DNA of 64,000 bases from Prorocentrum cordatum (taxonomy: Eukaryota): assembly GCA_963575745.1 (NCBI GenBank), contig CAUYUJ010000115.1:434001-498000 (forward strand), written 5' to 3'. Shown here one piece after another: positions 35,179-47,800 of the stretch. Below the pieces are notes generated by a model. The model was not told where the DNA came from. It searched no databases and saw nothing but the letters and a program-made list of their open reading frames with translations. Position 1 is the stretch's first letter. Each line of letters starts with the position of its first letter. A program made the translations under genes and the position numbers.

Positions 35179-35428
35179 TCAATGTCGTATGGAGCTGGAC
35201 GTCGACCAAAAAAATCAGGGCCCGCATGTATCATCTGCATCGAGCATCGTGGCGGCAACAACTTGCCCCAAAAATGTGACCACACGGTGTCTCTGTATCA
35301 TGTCTGCCATACGCATCATGTGTAATACTGTATGAGTATCATGCGCAATGAGTAGTATTCTCAACAATTGCATGTGAGTCAGAATCTGCGCCCACAAATG
35401 TGACCCAATGTTGTTCCCATGTCTGGTG

Positions 35429-35460
<32 letters not shown>

Positions 35461-35469
35461 GGGGGGGGT

Positions 35470-38400
35470 TCTGTCTTGTCCGCAGTGGGACAGTCGCCAC
35501 GTTTGCTTGGGGGCTAATGTGCACCCTAAGCGACGGCCGATTGCAAGTCCAAGCCAGCATGCGGTTCGTGCGTGTCTTTTTTTTGGATACAGCGCACTAC
35601 GCCCCAGTGCCCGCGCGCTCGCTGTCCTGAACAGTGGCCCCTGTCTTTGTCAGCAATAAGGCAGTCGCCATGGCGGCCTGAGAACCGAAGTGAACCCCTA
35701 GCGATGACTGAATGGATTTTCGACCTAACTTGGTTTTTCTCAAGTCCGTTTAGAGTGCAACGTGCCGACGCGCGCTGTGATTTCTGTATTGTCCGCAATA
35801 GGACAGTCGCCATGTTGGCCTGGGAACTCAAGTGAACCCTGGGCGGTGGCCAGTTGGATTGTACACATAACCCGCGGTTTGCGCATTCCCTTTAATTGGT
35901 GCAGCGCGCAACTCGCCGACGCGCGCGGTGGTTTCTGTTTTGCCAGCAACTGGGCAGTTGCCATGTTAGCTTGGGAACTGAAATTACCCCTAAGCTATAA
36001 CCGATTGGATGTGCAATTTAACCTGTGGGTATCAGATGCGCGTCTATTGGCGCAGCCTGCAGCGCGCCGGCCCGCGCGGTGGTTTCTGCATTGGCCGCGG
36101 CAGGGCATTCGCCATGATGGCCTGGGAACTAAGTAAACCAGCAGCGGTGACCGATTGGATTTTCCATCTAAGTTTCTACATGTCAGTTTACTGGTGCAGT
36201 GCAACGCGCCGACGCGAGCGGTGGTTTCTGTATTGTCCGCAGCCGGACAGTCGCCATGTTGGCCCGGAAACTAAAGCAAGCCCTGAGTGGTGACCGATTC
36301 GATGTTCAACTTAACTTGCGGCCCTTACACGTCCTGAGCTACAGTGAGCCCGTAGCAGTAACCGATTGGATGTTTAATGTGGCTTGCGTTGTTTTACATG
36401 TCCGTCTAGTGGTTCAGTGTGCAAGGCGCCGACGCGCGCGCGCGCTCGTTGTCGCGCGTGGTGGATTGCCGTATTGTCTGCAAACGGACAGTCGCCGCGT
36501 TGGCCTGGCATCTTGCGGTTGTGATGTGTCCGTCTATTGGTGCAGCGCACAACGCGCCGACGCGCGCGGCGGTCTCTGTTGTCCGCAGTAGGACAGTCGC
36601 CATGTTGGCCTGGGAACTGAAATGAACCCTTAACGCCCGCCGATTGGATGTCCCCTTTGACTTGCGCTTGATACTCCCAAGCAAAATTAAAACCATCTAC
36701 CATCTATTGATGCAGCGCGCAACGCGCCGACGCGCACGCGCGCTCGCTGTCGAGCGCGTTTCTATATTGTCCGCAATAGGACAGTCGCCATGTTGGCCTG
36801 GGAACTAGAGTGAACCCGGAGCGGTGACCGCTTGGATTTCCACCTTATTTGCTGTTTTCTCATGTCCGTTTATTGGTGCAGCCTACAGCGCGCCGGCGCG
36901 AACGCGCGCGCGCTCGCTGTCGCGCACGGTGCTTTCTGCGTCGTCCGCAGCCGAACTGTCGCCGCGTTGGCCGGGGGATTGACGTGAATCCGTAGACCGA
37001 TTGGGTTTCCAATCTATCTGGTGCTTTTTACATGTCCGTCTATTGGTGCAGCGCACAACGCGCTGGCGCGCGCACTCGCGCGAGCGCGCTCGCAGTCGCG
37101 CGCGGAGGTTCCTGTGCTGTCCGCGATGGGACAGTCGCCATGTTGGCCCAGGAACTGAGGTGAATCCTTAGCGGTGGCCGAGTGGATTTCCAATTTAGTT
37201 TGTTGTTTTTACATGCCATCCCGCTTGTTCAGCGCGCAGCGCGCCGACGCGCGCGCGCTCGCTGTGGCGCGCGGCGGTTTCTGTTCTGCCCAGTGCAGGG
37301 CAGTCGCCACGTTTGCCTGGGGGCAACAGTGGGCCCTTCAGGTGCGACGGATGGGATGTCCACCTTAACATGATGATTTGATTTGCCCGTCTATTGGTGC
37401 AGCGCATAACGCGCCGACTCGCGCGCGCGGAAGTTTCTGCGCGGTTGGCAGCGCGGCAGTCGCCACGTTGGCCCGAGAATTAAATTTTAGACGACGCTTC
37501 GCGCATCCCCGCCAGCCCACCCAGGAAAGATGCCCAGGCGAGTCGAGGCGCTCAGGGAAGCGCGGGAGCAAAGTGGGGAACTGCCGAACCGCGCGAAGGA
37601 GGGGGGGGGAGAAGGCAGAGGCTGGATGGACGGATAAGGGAGTGGGGAGAGGGGGGATGAATCGGACGAGGAGGAGGAGGAGGAGGGGGAGGGGGAGAAG
37701 GCAGAGAAGGAGTAGGAGGAGGAAGGAGGAGCAGGAGGAGGAGGGCGAGCAAAATGGCCAGAGGTCTCCTGGATGCCTTTAGGAGCTTCTTGGGATATCT
37801 CTCAGGCGCTTCCCGGTTGCCTCTTGGGATGTCTCGAGGGTCTCTCTGCGGCCCTGGGGGGCTCATCGGCGTCTTGGGCGCGTCGGGGAGGGGGGGGGGG
37901 GCGCTCGGGGTCCTCTCGAGGGCCTCCAGAGTGCCTCTTGGGGGCCTCGGAGCCATCTCGGGGCCATCTCGGGGCCCCTCCTGGGGCTTCCGGGGCGCTT
38001 CTTGGAAGACGTCGATCAAAGAAGGGCACCCCTTCATTGGCTCGCCCCTCGCCCCCCAAGTCGCCCTTTTGAGGCGTTATTGGGGCGCTCTTGGAGCGCT
38101 CTCTGGGCGCTCTTGGGGCCGCCTCGGGGCCCCCGTGGCCCCTTCCCGGGCTCTCCGGGGCCATCTTGGAGCTGTCTCAAGGCCTCGAATGGCTTTCGGA
38201 AGCGACAGGGCGAGAAAGCAACAAACATTGATTTCCCTAGGTTTTTGAAGGATGTTGGCCTCTTGGGGGCATCCGCGGGGAGCTCTTTCGGCACCGTGGG
38301 GCCGTCTTTGAGCAGTCTTGGGGCGTCGTGGAGCATCTTGGGGGCCACCCCGAGGCATCTTGCGCTATCTTGAGCCATCTTGGAGCTTATGTTGGGCTCT

Positions 38401-39125
38401 CTGGCGCCCTCTTAGGGCCATCTTGGGCCATCTCGGACGCCAACTCAGATTCTGGTTGTTGCATGCCCTCCTTTTCGTTCAGCGCACAACGCGCCGACGC
38501 GCGCGCTCGCTGTGGCGCGCGACGGTTTCCTTCTGTCCGGGCCGTGCAGTGCAACGTGTAGTCGCCATGTTTGCCTGGGGACTAAAGTGGGCCTTTTTGC
38601 GCGGATTGGATCTCCACCTTAACTTGCAGTTTTGATGTGCCCGTCTACTGGTGCAGCGCACAACGCGCCGACGCGCGCGCGCGGTGGTTTCTGCGTGGAT
38701 CAATGCGGCTGCCGCCATGTTGGCTTGGGAACTGAGTTGCACCGTTAGCGGTGACCGATGGGATTTCCACCTTCGTTTCTGGTTGCTCATGCTCGTCATC
38801 TGTGCAGCGCATAACGCGCCGACGCGAGCGCGCGCGCGGTGGTTTTTGCATTGTCCGCAATCGGAGTATCGCCACGCTGGCTTGGGAACTAAAGTGGGCC
38901 GTTAGCGGTGGCCGATTGGATTTCCAATTCATTTTGCGTGTCGTAAATGTTTGATTGCAGGTGCAGCGCAAAACGCGCCGATGCGCGCGCGCGCTCGCTG
39001 TCGCGCGTGGTGATTTCTGCATTGTCCGCGGCGGGACAGGCGCCGCGTTGGCTCGGGAATTCAAGTGAACCCCTCGCGGTGGCCGAATGGCTTTCCACCT
39101 TGCGCGCGCGCTCTCGCTGTCTTTC
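35470..39125. repeat. Degenerate ~120-bp tandem array, interrupted at ~37490-38455 by a reverse-oriented family-C-like repeat
   Basis: Recurring gcagcgcacaacgcgccgacgcgcg...ttgtccgca..ggacagtcgccatgttggcctgggaact..agtgaaccc. Confidence 0.85.
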
Positions 39126-39542
39126 GTATTTCTGCGTTTCCAGGTGGCAGTATCAGGAGCGGTACCGCGTACGCCGACTACCCATGGTAGAATCTGACGG
39201 TAATTCCAGCAGCTGAGTGTGCTTGCGAGTTGTCGCATGCTGAGGCGTGAGCTCGCGTATGGGTGCAGACGTATGCGAGACGAGCCTTCGCAGACAAACA
39301 CGTACCGCGGCTTGGTCAAGGCCGACCAAAGGTCTCTGGGTAGAATCAAGTCCGTGTGCTTGCGAGTTGTCGCGGAAGTCGCATAGGCAGGCAGCAGTGA
39401 AGAAGCTCATGTACGCTGCGCCCCCCTCGTGAAGCGAGGTATGCTGCAGCCTTCAGGCACCGGTGCGTGCAAACGGACGTACCAGGAGCTGGTATCCGCA
39501 GCGCGCGCTCGCGGCGCCAGCGAGTATCAAAGAATTAAAGTG

Positions 39543-40552
39543 CAGGGAAGGTGGACCACCAGACGTATCCAAAGCCACGTTGGAAGCGCTGGTGGCTGAG
39601 CCCTAGGGGCGGTGCTCAGTTGTATAGTGCATTGTGGCAGACTTTGGTGTCAAGCAGAACTGTATGAAAGAAGAGCCACCAGTAATGACATACACACACA
39701 TATACACACACATGTAAACATTCGAGCTCGGTGCGCATAGCCATGCCTTTACACGCAGACGTGCACATACACAGTCTCGCACACATATACGTGCGTCGAG
39801 ACATGCACTGATATGTACATATCCTCGTACTTACGCAAACACATACACTTGTACATAGAGACACACACGTACTAACACATACAGACACACATACATCCAT
39901 GGATACACAAATGTATCATCAAAGATGTGTTTCGCAAATGTGACCTCCGACACGCAAAACGGTCTCGCAAGTATAAAATGCTGGTAGCTGTCCAAAGTGT
40001 CTTCTCCGTCTTGTGAAGGATCGCGCTTGGCGACGACACGTCAGGGAAGGTGGACCACCAGACGTGTATCCAAAGCCACGTTGGAAGCGCTGGTGGCTGA
40101 GCCCTAGGGGCGGTGCTGGTGCTCAGTTGCATAGTGCATTGTGGCAGACTTTGGTGTCAAGCAGAACTGTATGAAAGAAGAGCCACCAGTAATGACCTAC
40201 ACACATATACACACACATGTAAACATTCGAGCTCGGTGCGCATAGCCATGCCTTTACACGCAGACGTGCACATACACAGTCTCGTACACATATACACGTA
40301 CGTTCGTCGAGACATGCACTGATATGTACGTATCCTCGTACTTACGCAAACACATACACTTGTACATAGAGACACACACGTACTAACACATACAGACACA
40401 CATACATCCATGGATACACAAGTGTATCATCAAAGATGTGTTTTGCAAATGTGACCTCCGACACGCAAAACGGTCTCGCAAGTATAAAATGCTGGTAGCT
40501 GTCCAAAGTGTCTTCTCCGTCTTGTGAAGGATCGCGCTTGGCGACGACACGT
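39543..40552. repeat. Recent ~500-bp tandem duplication
   Basis: cagggaaggtggaccaccagacgt at 39543 and ~40042; both units end gatcgcgcttggcgacgacacgt. Confidence 0.9.
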
Positions 40553-40687
40553 TCTGCCTTACTTCCTGCAAGTTGGCGTAGTATCATATCTACTGTGCGT
40601 TTCAGGGCCCGCACGCGTCACGTGCATCGAGAATCATGGGTATGGCAACGGCGACGGAGGCGGCGGCGGCGACGGCGAGGGTGACGG

Positions 40688-40724
<37 letters not shown>

Positions 40725-41492
40725 GTATCGTCCTCAGCCTCAGTCTCCGCCTGCCTCAGCACCAGCCTGCCTCAGCGTCGGCCTCAGCCTGTCTCAGCCT
40801 CAGCCTGAATCAGCTCAGCGTGTCCCAGCCTCAGCCTGCTCCAGCTTCAGCTTCACCCTCAGCCTCGGCCTCAGCCTGCGTGAGCCTCTTTTGCTCTCAT
40901 GTCTATCATACGTTTCATGTGCTATACGTATCATACATGACACGGGGATGTGTGTCAAAACATCCCCTAGAAATGTGACCAAGTCTGGTGTGTATGTGTC
41001 CCATGGCTAGCAGACGTATCATGTGCAATCTGTATCATGTGCAACACGGCTCACGTGTAATATGTGTTCCGAGGGCTTTCCCACGGAGTCGCCAGACCCA
41101 TCTGGGGATCTTGGGAGGGCCTCCCAGGGCCCTGTGGTTATGTATTCTCTTTAGGCCTTCGGCCCCAGCCGCCAGACCTCTCTGGGTATCTGGGGGGTTC
41201 CCAGGGCCCGATTGTCTTAGTTTCTGTGGCCCGATTCCCAGGGGAAGTTTATGAGGGCGTCTGGGGGGTTCCCAGGGGAAGTCTATGAGGCCTGTGGATT
41301 CAAATAAAAAGATGAAGTGAGTATGCCTGCTCTGGTCGCATGTGCGGCGGCGGACTTCGTCTTTCCGACGGCGCTCGCATGAGTGTTCTGCGTGTGCGGT
41401 CATGTATGCGGCGGCTATTGTGGGCGCTATGTGCGGTTTCTGGGCATCTGCGTGTGCGGTCGTACTGTACGTATGCGGTTCGCTTCTGTTTG

Positions 41493-41514
41493 TACGTAGC
41501 GGTTTCTGCTCAAG
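41493..41514 (+). other. Probable degenerate relic DinoSL
   Basis: tacgtagcggtttctgctcaag is 17/22 identical to DinoSL, with the gctcaag 3' end intact, 66 nt before ATG 41581. Confidence 0.5.
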
Positions 41515-41580
41515 CCGCTTACTGTATATCGCGAGATCGTATTCACTTCCATATTGCCGGCCTTCCGTATGGCTTCCCAG

Positions 41581-42524
41581 ATGGCCGGTCGGCTCGACCC
41601 CGTGACGGGCGAGTATTACCCAAGCGATGATGAAGTGCGCTACAGTATGGAGCGCTGGCACACGCCACCCAACCACGAGGCGTATGCGCGGCGCTGGCTC
41701 AAGCAGTGTGGCTCGGAGAGGTGGTTCGCGTGCGGTATCTTCTTCCCTATTCTATGGGAGGGTGTCAAGGGCGTATGCCCCGCCGTATCGAGCGTTATGT
41801 CCACGAGGCAGTCGAAGACGAACAACGACCCGGACTACCAGCACAGTATGGGGGGCATCCCCGAGCCGGAGTGGCTTTACTTCGACGCCTTCTTCTACGC
41901 GCACGCGGTATTCGGGAACTTCTCGGTATTCCAGGATGAGAGGCTTGGGAAGCCCATTGGCTACCTTCTGCACGTATTCGACACGCTGTGCACCGCGCGA
42001 GGTATCGTCGCTGGAAAGCCAACCTCTTCGTCCACCCGGGCCAGTGGGTGTATAGCAGTATGCGGTATTTGCTCGGTCAGCTCGCTATTCCCATTCATGC
42101 GGAGATCGTATCCGGCCTCTCCTACAGGGCCCTCGCCACCTTGGACGTATTCATTGCGTATCACGCGGCCTTCATGGGTACGGACCCGCAGAAAATGGCC
42201 ATTTGGAACGTATCCCCTGAGGTCGGCCCAGAGATGAAGTATCCGCGTCAAGACCAGTGGTGGTGGTTGCCCGTATGGCGGTCTTTTGGTCAGAGCGACG
42301 AGTATCCGAACATGCTCGATTACCCGGCCTTGCCACCGCAGGTCCACAACGTGCTCGCGTTAGCACTGCCGTATGCAAGCCCCGGCTCTCTCGCCAGCAG
42401 GCGTATCGGCAATATCATTGGGCATTTGGGAGCGCACGGGTATCAGCCAGGCCCGCACCTGCATCAGCCAGGCAGCCATGTACCCAAGCGCCTTTGCGAC
42501 GTCGCAGACGACGAGTCGCCTTAG
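41581..42524 (+). pseudogene. Unknown ~310-aa aromatic-rich protein split by one frameshift near 41970-42010
   Basis: MAGRLDPVTGEYYPSDDEV...GYLLHVFDTL in one frame continues as RYRRWKANLFVHPGQW...DVADDESP* in another; non-repetitive, coding-like composition; no family recognised. Confidence 0.6.
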
Positions 42525-42833
42525 TATGCTTCTGGGTGAGTATACTCCTACGTGTGACTGGACCTGTTTGCGAAAGCAGGAGAAAGTATGGCACCCCTTT
42601 GTGTCCAGAGCCGCGCCGCTGCGTTATTCCTTTCTCGCTTCTCTCCTTTCCTCCTTGTCCTGCTCCTCCTCCCCCTCTTGCGCCTCGGAGCCGTATTGGA
42701 ACTGTCGATGGCCATCTCCCTGTCTCCCTCGCATGTCTGCTTGTACATATGTATAATTTCAGAACTAAACGTGCATGTGATCGTTTAGAACATGGTGGAC
42801 CGTGCGTATGCACGAACCTTGTGTACTTTCTCT

Positions 42834-43708
42834 CCCTCCGTCTGGCTGTGCACGCGCGCGTTGGGCAGTGAGAGTTAGGATCACAGCGCCACCAGTGTAT
42901 GAGCAATGCATGCGTCATCCTTGGGACTGTATAACAGCAGAAACAGACAACATTGCATCGCAGCGGGACAGCCATCGGGACAACCATCGGGACAACCATC
43001 GGGACAACCATTTGGACAAGCATCGGGATAACGATCGGGACAACCATAACCATCAGGACAACCATCGGGGCAACCATCGAGACAACCATCGGGACAACGA
43101 TACCTTCTCTCTTGTGTCCTCCCACATCCCTCAGGAAGTTGCCCTAAAGATGTGACCGACTCCTCTCTCTCCTTCTCTCTGTCTCTCGCTCTTTCTCTGC
43201 TTCATATCTATCATACGTAACACATCTACTTGTGTAATCGCCTTCCCAGGAATTTGCCTCAAAAATGTGACCAACTATCTTGGCACTGCGTACCATCTCA
43301 CGTGTACCGTGTACCACATCTTCTCAGGTTGCCTCACACATGTGACGAATCTCTTTCTATCTCTCTCTCCACTGGCTCTCTGTCTTGCTCTCTCTCTCTC
43401 TCTCTGTCTCTCTGTACTATGTATGTCATACGCAACAAATGCACCATGCGGGGCACATGCGGGGCCCAAACAAGTGATCAACCTCTGCGGGTGTGTACTC
43501 CACGCCAGTGTAGTATCCACGATCGTCCGCGCGCCACGAAGTGAAGTGTCCTGACGTCATAGGGCGGGAAGCTGGGTGTGGGTGGTTCCCGAGAGTCGTG
43601 TGGATGTTTGGTAGAGCTTGCATTGCCCCCCCACGAAGTGGGGGTATTGGCTGGCGTCGCATGAAAACCCTGGCACTGGGGAGAACACTGAGCGTTCGGG
43701 TAAAATGA
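42834..43708 (+). mobile_element. Conserved end module with hairpin, abutting (TTG)n; contains a 12-bp catcgggacaac repeat at ~42965-43100
   Basis: Shared with 49943-50401; hairpin cccccac-gaa-gtggggg at 43628-43644; ends cgttcgggtaaaatga. Confidence 0.7.
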
Positions 43709-43811
43709 TTGTTGTTGTTGTTGTTGGTGTTGTTGTTGTTGTTGATGTTATTGTTGTTGTTGTTGTTTTTGTTGATGTTGTTGTTGTTGTTGTTGCTGCT
43801 GCTGCTGCTGC

Positions 43812-43846
<35 letters not shown>

Positions 43847-43857
43847 GTAATCGTCGT

Positions 43858-44045
43858 CCCACCCGCGACCCACCCGCGACCCACCCCGCGACCCACCCCG
43901 CGACCCACCCGCGACCCATCCCGCGACCCAAGCGCGACCCACCCGCGACCCACCCGCGACCCACCCGCGACCCAGCCCGCGACCCACCCGCGACCCGCCT
44001 GCGTCCCACCCGCGACCCAGTCCGCGACAAACCCGCGACCCACCG
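43858..44045. repeat. ~11-bp minisatellite (cccacccgcga)
   Basis: Direct inspection. Confidence 0.85.
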
Positions 44046-44769
44046 TAGACCCACTTGCGAGCCAACCCGTAACCCACCCACATAGTTTTTACAAAAAGTC
44101 GGCGCCTGCGGTGGGTTCGTTTTATAGCTTGAAAATTATGCGCCTGCGGCGGGCTTCTTCAGAGCCTCGCAGACTGCCGACGTACCCGCCGCCCCCTCAC
44201 TCTTATCCGCAACTGCGGGGTGCTACGGTATTCCTTTCCTCCACCTTGGGAGTCGCTAAAGCCGCGTGGGCCCGCGATTAAGGCGATGAGGATACACCCT
44301 CTATCTTCCTAGCTCTACCACCAGGCAATGAGGTAGGACCATCAACATTCAATGAGGTATCCGGCGATAGCTCCGTCGGGTGGATCGCGGGAGGGTCGTT
44401 GGCCAGGTCGCGGGCGGACGGTGATAACAAACAACACACAATAACAATCCGCACAGCGGAATCCCATTTCTGCCAGGCGCCCAGGGACAGTGAACGACCG
44501 TTCGGTTCCCTCACTCTGACCGTCTTTGGTCCATATTGTACGTAACTGTTGAACGTATCCAGCTTCGAAACCACGCGGTCTTTGGACGTTGCAGGCGAAA
44601 CGCCCAGTCATCCCTAACCACATGTTTTGTGGTGCGACATGGAGGAGTTGCGAATACGGTTGGTTCATGCGGCGATGGCGCGCCAGCGATACTTGCGAAG
44701 GTCTTTAAGGTTGGACTCCGCACGATAGAACGACGTGGAATCACTGAGGGACACGGTGACGCCACTGGA

Positions 44770-44884
44770 CCCGACGGAATTCAACTTTGAACGATCGGGG
44801 CCGCGATCGAGTCAAGGTTGAACGGTCGACGCGGTGTCAAAAATCTTGGCGCGCACCGACGCCGCACCGCACGAACCCGCCGTA
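44770..44884 (-). mobile_element. Partial reverse copy of the 10275-10462 TIR element
   Basis: Reverse complement reads tacggcgggttcgtgcggtg...tttttgacaccgcg..accgttcaaccttga...cgttcaaagttgaa. Confidence 0.6.
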
Positions 44885-47800
44885 AGGAAGTAGATCGAGG
44901 ATAATTAGTGCCTTCTTTTCTTCATCACGTTTCGCTCTTTTCGGACCTCCGCAGGCCTCCTGACGGCCTTCGGAGGCCTCCATACGCCTCCGTGGACTTC
45001 TGGAGACCTCGACGGATCTCCACGGACCTCCAGGAAGTTGCATGCGGAGTGGTTGCGCTCACGGCCGGCTCTGAGCAGAGCCCCTCGGAAAGGCAGGTCG
45101 CATGTCGGCGATGGGGAGGAAGGAGGAGGATGAGGTGAATGAGGAATAATCTCTTCAGGATATGGCAAAAGATAATGAGAAAAGAATTTGGAAGAGGAAG
45201 AGAGCAGGCGGGGACAGATAATCACAGCCCCGAATGATCAGGGCAGGGGGTGGTCAGGGATTCGGGCCTTGCGTTTCCGCGTCCGAGTTTTCTCGGACTG
45301 CGCTCTGCCCCAAGGCTACCGGATCACAGTTTGCTGCCACACGTGCAGATGTTGTTCAGTGACTTTCCTGGCACATGAGATACCCCGGATCAGGGGCTCC
45401 AGGCGTCTCTCGGATCGCATTCGGAGGGCCACAACAGGGCCGTACCCGGACCAGGCCCATCCCAGCCATTCCGGCTGCCCGAGAGAAGGGCGAGCTTCGA
45501 GAGCAGTAAGCAGACCAGTGGCGTCGTCATTCGTTCTGGGGTTGAGCCACCTGTGCCTGGCAAACGCCAGCGGTGGCGTTTCAGTCGGGACGGGTTGGCA
45601 GGAGCTTACCGAGGCATGCGGCGCGAGCTGTCATTCGGGAGGGCCCCCGCAAAATGTATAAACATAGACTTTCAGAAGACCGCGCAGATGTCGGAATGCT
45701 CCAGGGGCCACGCAGGCGCCGCCAGCGATCTTCCACGTGCTCGCGTCGTGAAAAGTCCACGACGGAAGGCTTATGGCGGCTTTCGGCCTCTGGGGTTCCT
45801 CTCTGGCTTCCAGGGCCGTCAACAGAACGACTCAGCTTTACGAAGAGCCGTCCCCGCGGACAGGGGCCAGACCTCTGGGGCGTGGTTTTTGTTGCGACAG
45901 AAGTCGCGCCGTCGGAGCAGATCCACGGCCGCCCTCGCTCTATCCATTCCCTAAACTGGGGGGCCATCCAAGCAGTGCGGCGGTGATCATACCGTGTGGT
46001 GTGGTTCGAAGGAAAGTCGGGGTGACCGCGAGGTCTTGGCACTTGGGTCGTTCTCCGGGGGGATGTCTCGGGCGACGGGATCTCCGAGGCCCCCACGAGG
46101 TGCAGTGGCGGACCGTGCGGGGAGGTCTTTGGGGGGGGAAAGGAGGAGGAGGGGGAGGAGGAGGAGGAGGAGGAGGAGGATGCGGAGGAGGAGGAAGGAT
46201 AAAGGGTGGGTGGCCTACACAGGGGTTCGAGCAGTCCTCCCCACCGCACGGTCGATCACCGCACCGTTTTTGCTCAGGCCCTTGCCGTCGTGCTTTCTTT
46301 GTGGCGTGGGCCCCAAGAATTTTGGGCCCCTTCCAGCGCGCCCAGCGGGGGAGTGAGAGTCGGCGGCGGCCAAGAGAGGGGTGATGACAAGGGGGGGGGA
46401 TATCATGGCGTGGGCCATGATATTCCCTCAGATTTGATGGCGCCTTTTCTTACCAGGACGTCCCTGGTCCCCCCCTGGGCCGATTTGCGCCCCCCCCCTT
46501 CTGGACGCCCCCCTCTTGGCCGCCCCCGAGAGAGGCGGAGTGTCTTTTCAGGAGCCTCGGAAGTCCTCAGGCCTTCTGGTGACAAGTTTTCTGAGCCCTC
46601 CCCGAAGACGCCGAAGACCTTTCCGAGGGCGCGAGGGCGTCGAAGCCCCGCCGCCTTTTGAAAAGGCCTTCTCCTTCTCACCTCGCTTGTCCCCCTCGCT
46701 CGCCGCCGATTTCCTGAACGGGAGTTTCGTCTGGAGTCGATTTTGACGGTCCCGAGGCCCAGTGAGGACCTCGGAGGTTGAGGATAGGGAAAATGTCCTG
46801 TCGTGTTTTTTCCCGACGCGAGGGAGTCCGTGCTGGTATGTTGGAATGGATTTCCGGAGATGTGTAGCGCTGGGGCGTCGCCGTGGCTCCACGGACTTCG
46901 CGGGGGCAGGTGTCGCTTCGGCCCTTGCCAATCGTGGCTGGGCGGTCGACATCTGGCGGCTGCGCGCGCACGCGCGCGTGAGTCCGAGCAGCTCCTCGGG
47001 CTGCCGTCACCAGGCCGCCTCGACATTCCTGATGCATTTTGGGTCGGCAAATCATGTGAGCCTTGAATACCCTTGTCACTGCGTCTTCAGAGTGCATTAT
47101 CGTCGACTAGCGGCTGGTTGTCGAGGAGATAGCGCCGGTTTAGCGTCGATTAGCGTCGACGATCGTCGATTCGTCAGAGGCAGCAAGATGGTACTGCAGG
47201 TTCCCATGAGTTGCCGCAGAAGGCTTGCTTGTGCCCGCCATGCGCGCGCGGCGATGCGTGTGAGCTGTGACGGAAAGGCCTTTCAGTCGTATGGTTGCGG
47301 GGCAGGCGTGTTTTTTTTGTCGCGGCGACGGCATCCCTCACAACCATAGTGTTGGTCCCGAGTAGGGGGACGAACAATGACATAAACATAAAAACTCTCA
47401 GGACGGATTTCTCGGATCGGCGGTTGACCCCCTCCCTGGCGTGCGGAGCGCGCCAGGGGCGGCGCCGGAGGCGCCGCCAGGGGGTCCAGCGCGGATCCCA
47501 GAAACCCGTGCGGACCTCCGAGTTTTGGTGCTTATGTCACCGCCGTGCGGGATGTAGAAGACGATCGCGCGGTAGCGCTGCCCACGGGCAACTATACACG
47601 GGGGGCTCCTCACCATACTGCGCACGCCAAGGTTTCACGTTCGGGTTCGTTTATTGCGGGTTGGTCCTCGCGCGGTTCTGGGCCTGCTTGGCGCAAGTTG
47701 TCTGCACCTTTGTTTGCCTGCGGTGCCGTTGAGAGGAGTGTGTGCTTACCCTCTGGCTCCACTGTTGAAATGGCATGTCGGGAAGCATCATATCAGATCT

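Noticed and set aside
39130..39600. Possible degraded third ORF (GGPPDVSKATL resembles the N-terminal repeat)
   Set aside because: GTAT-rich and probably part of the element, but frames are broken and the similarity is too short to support a call.
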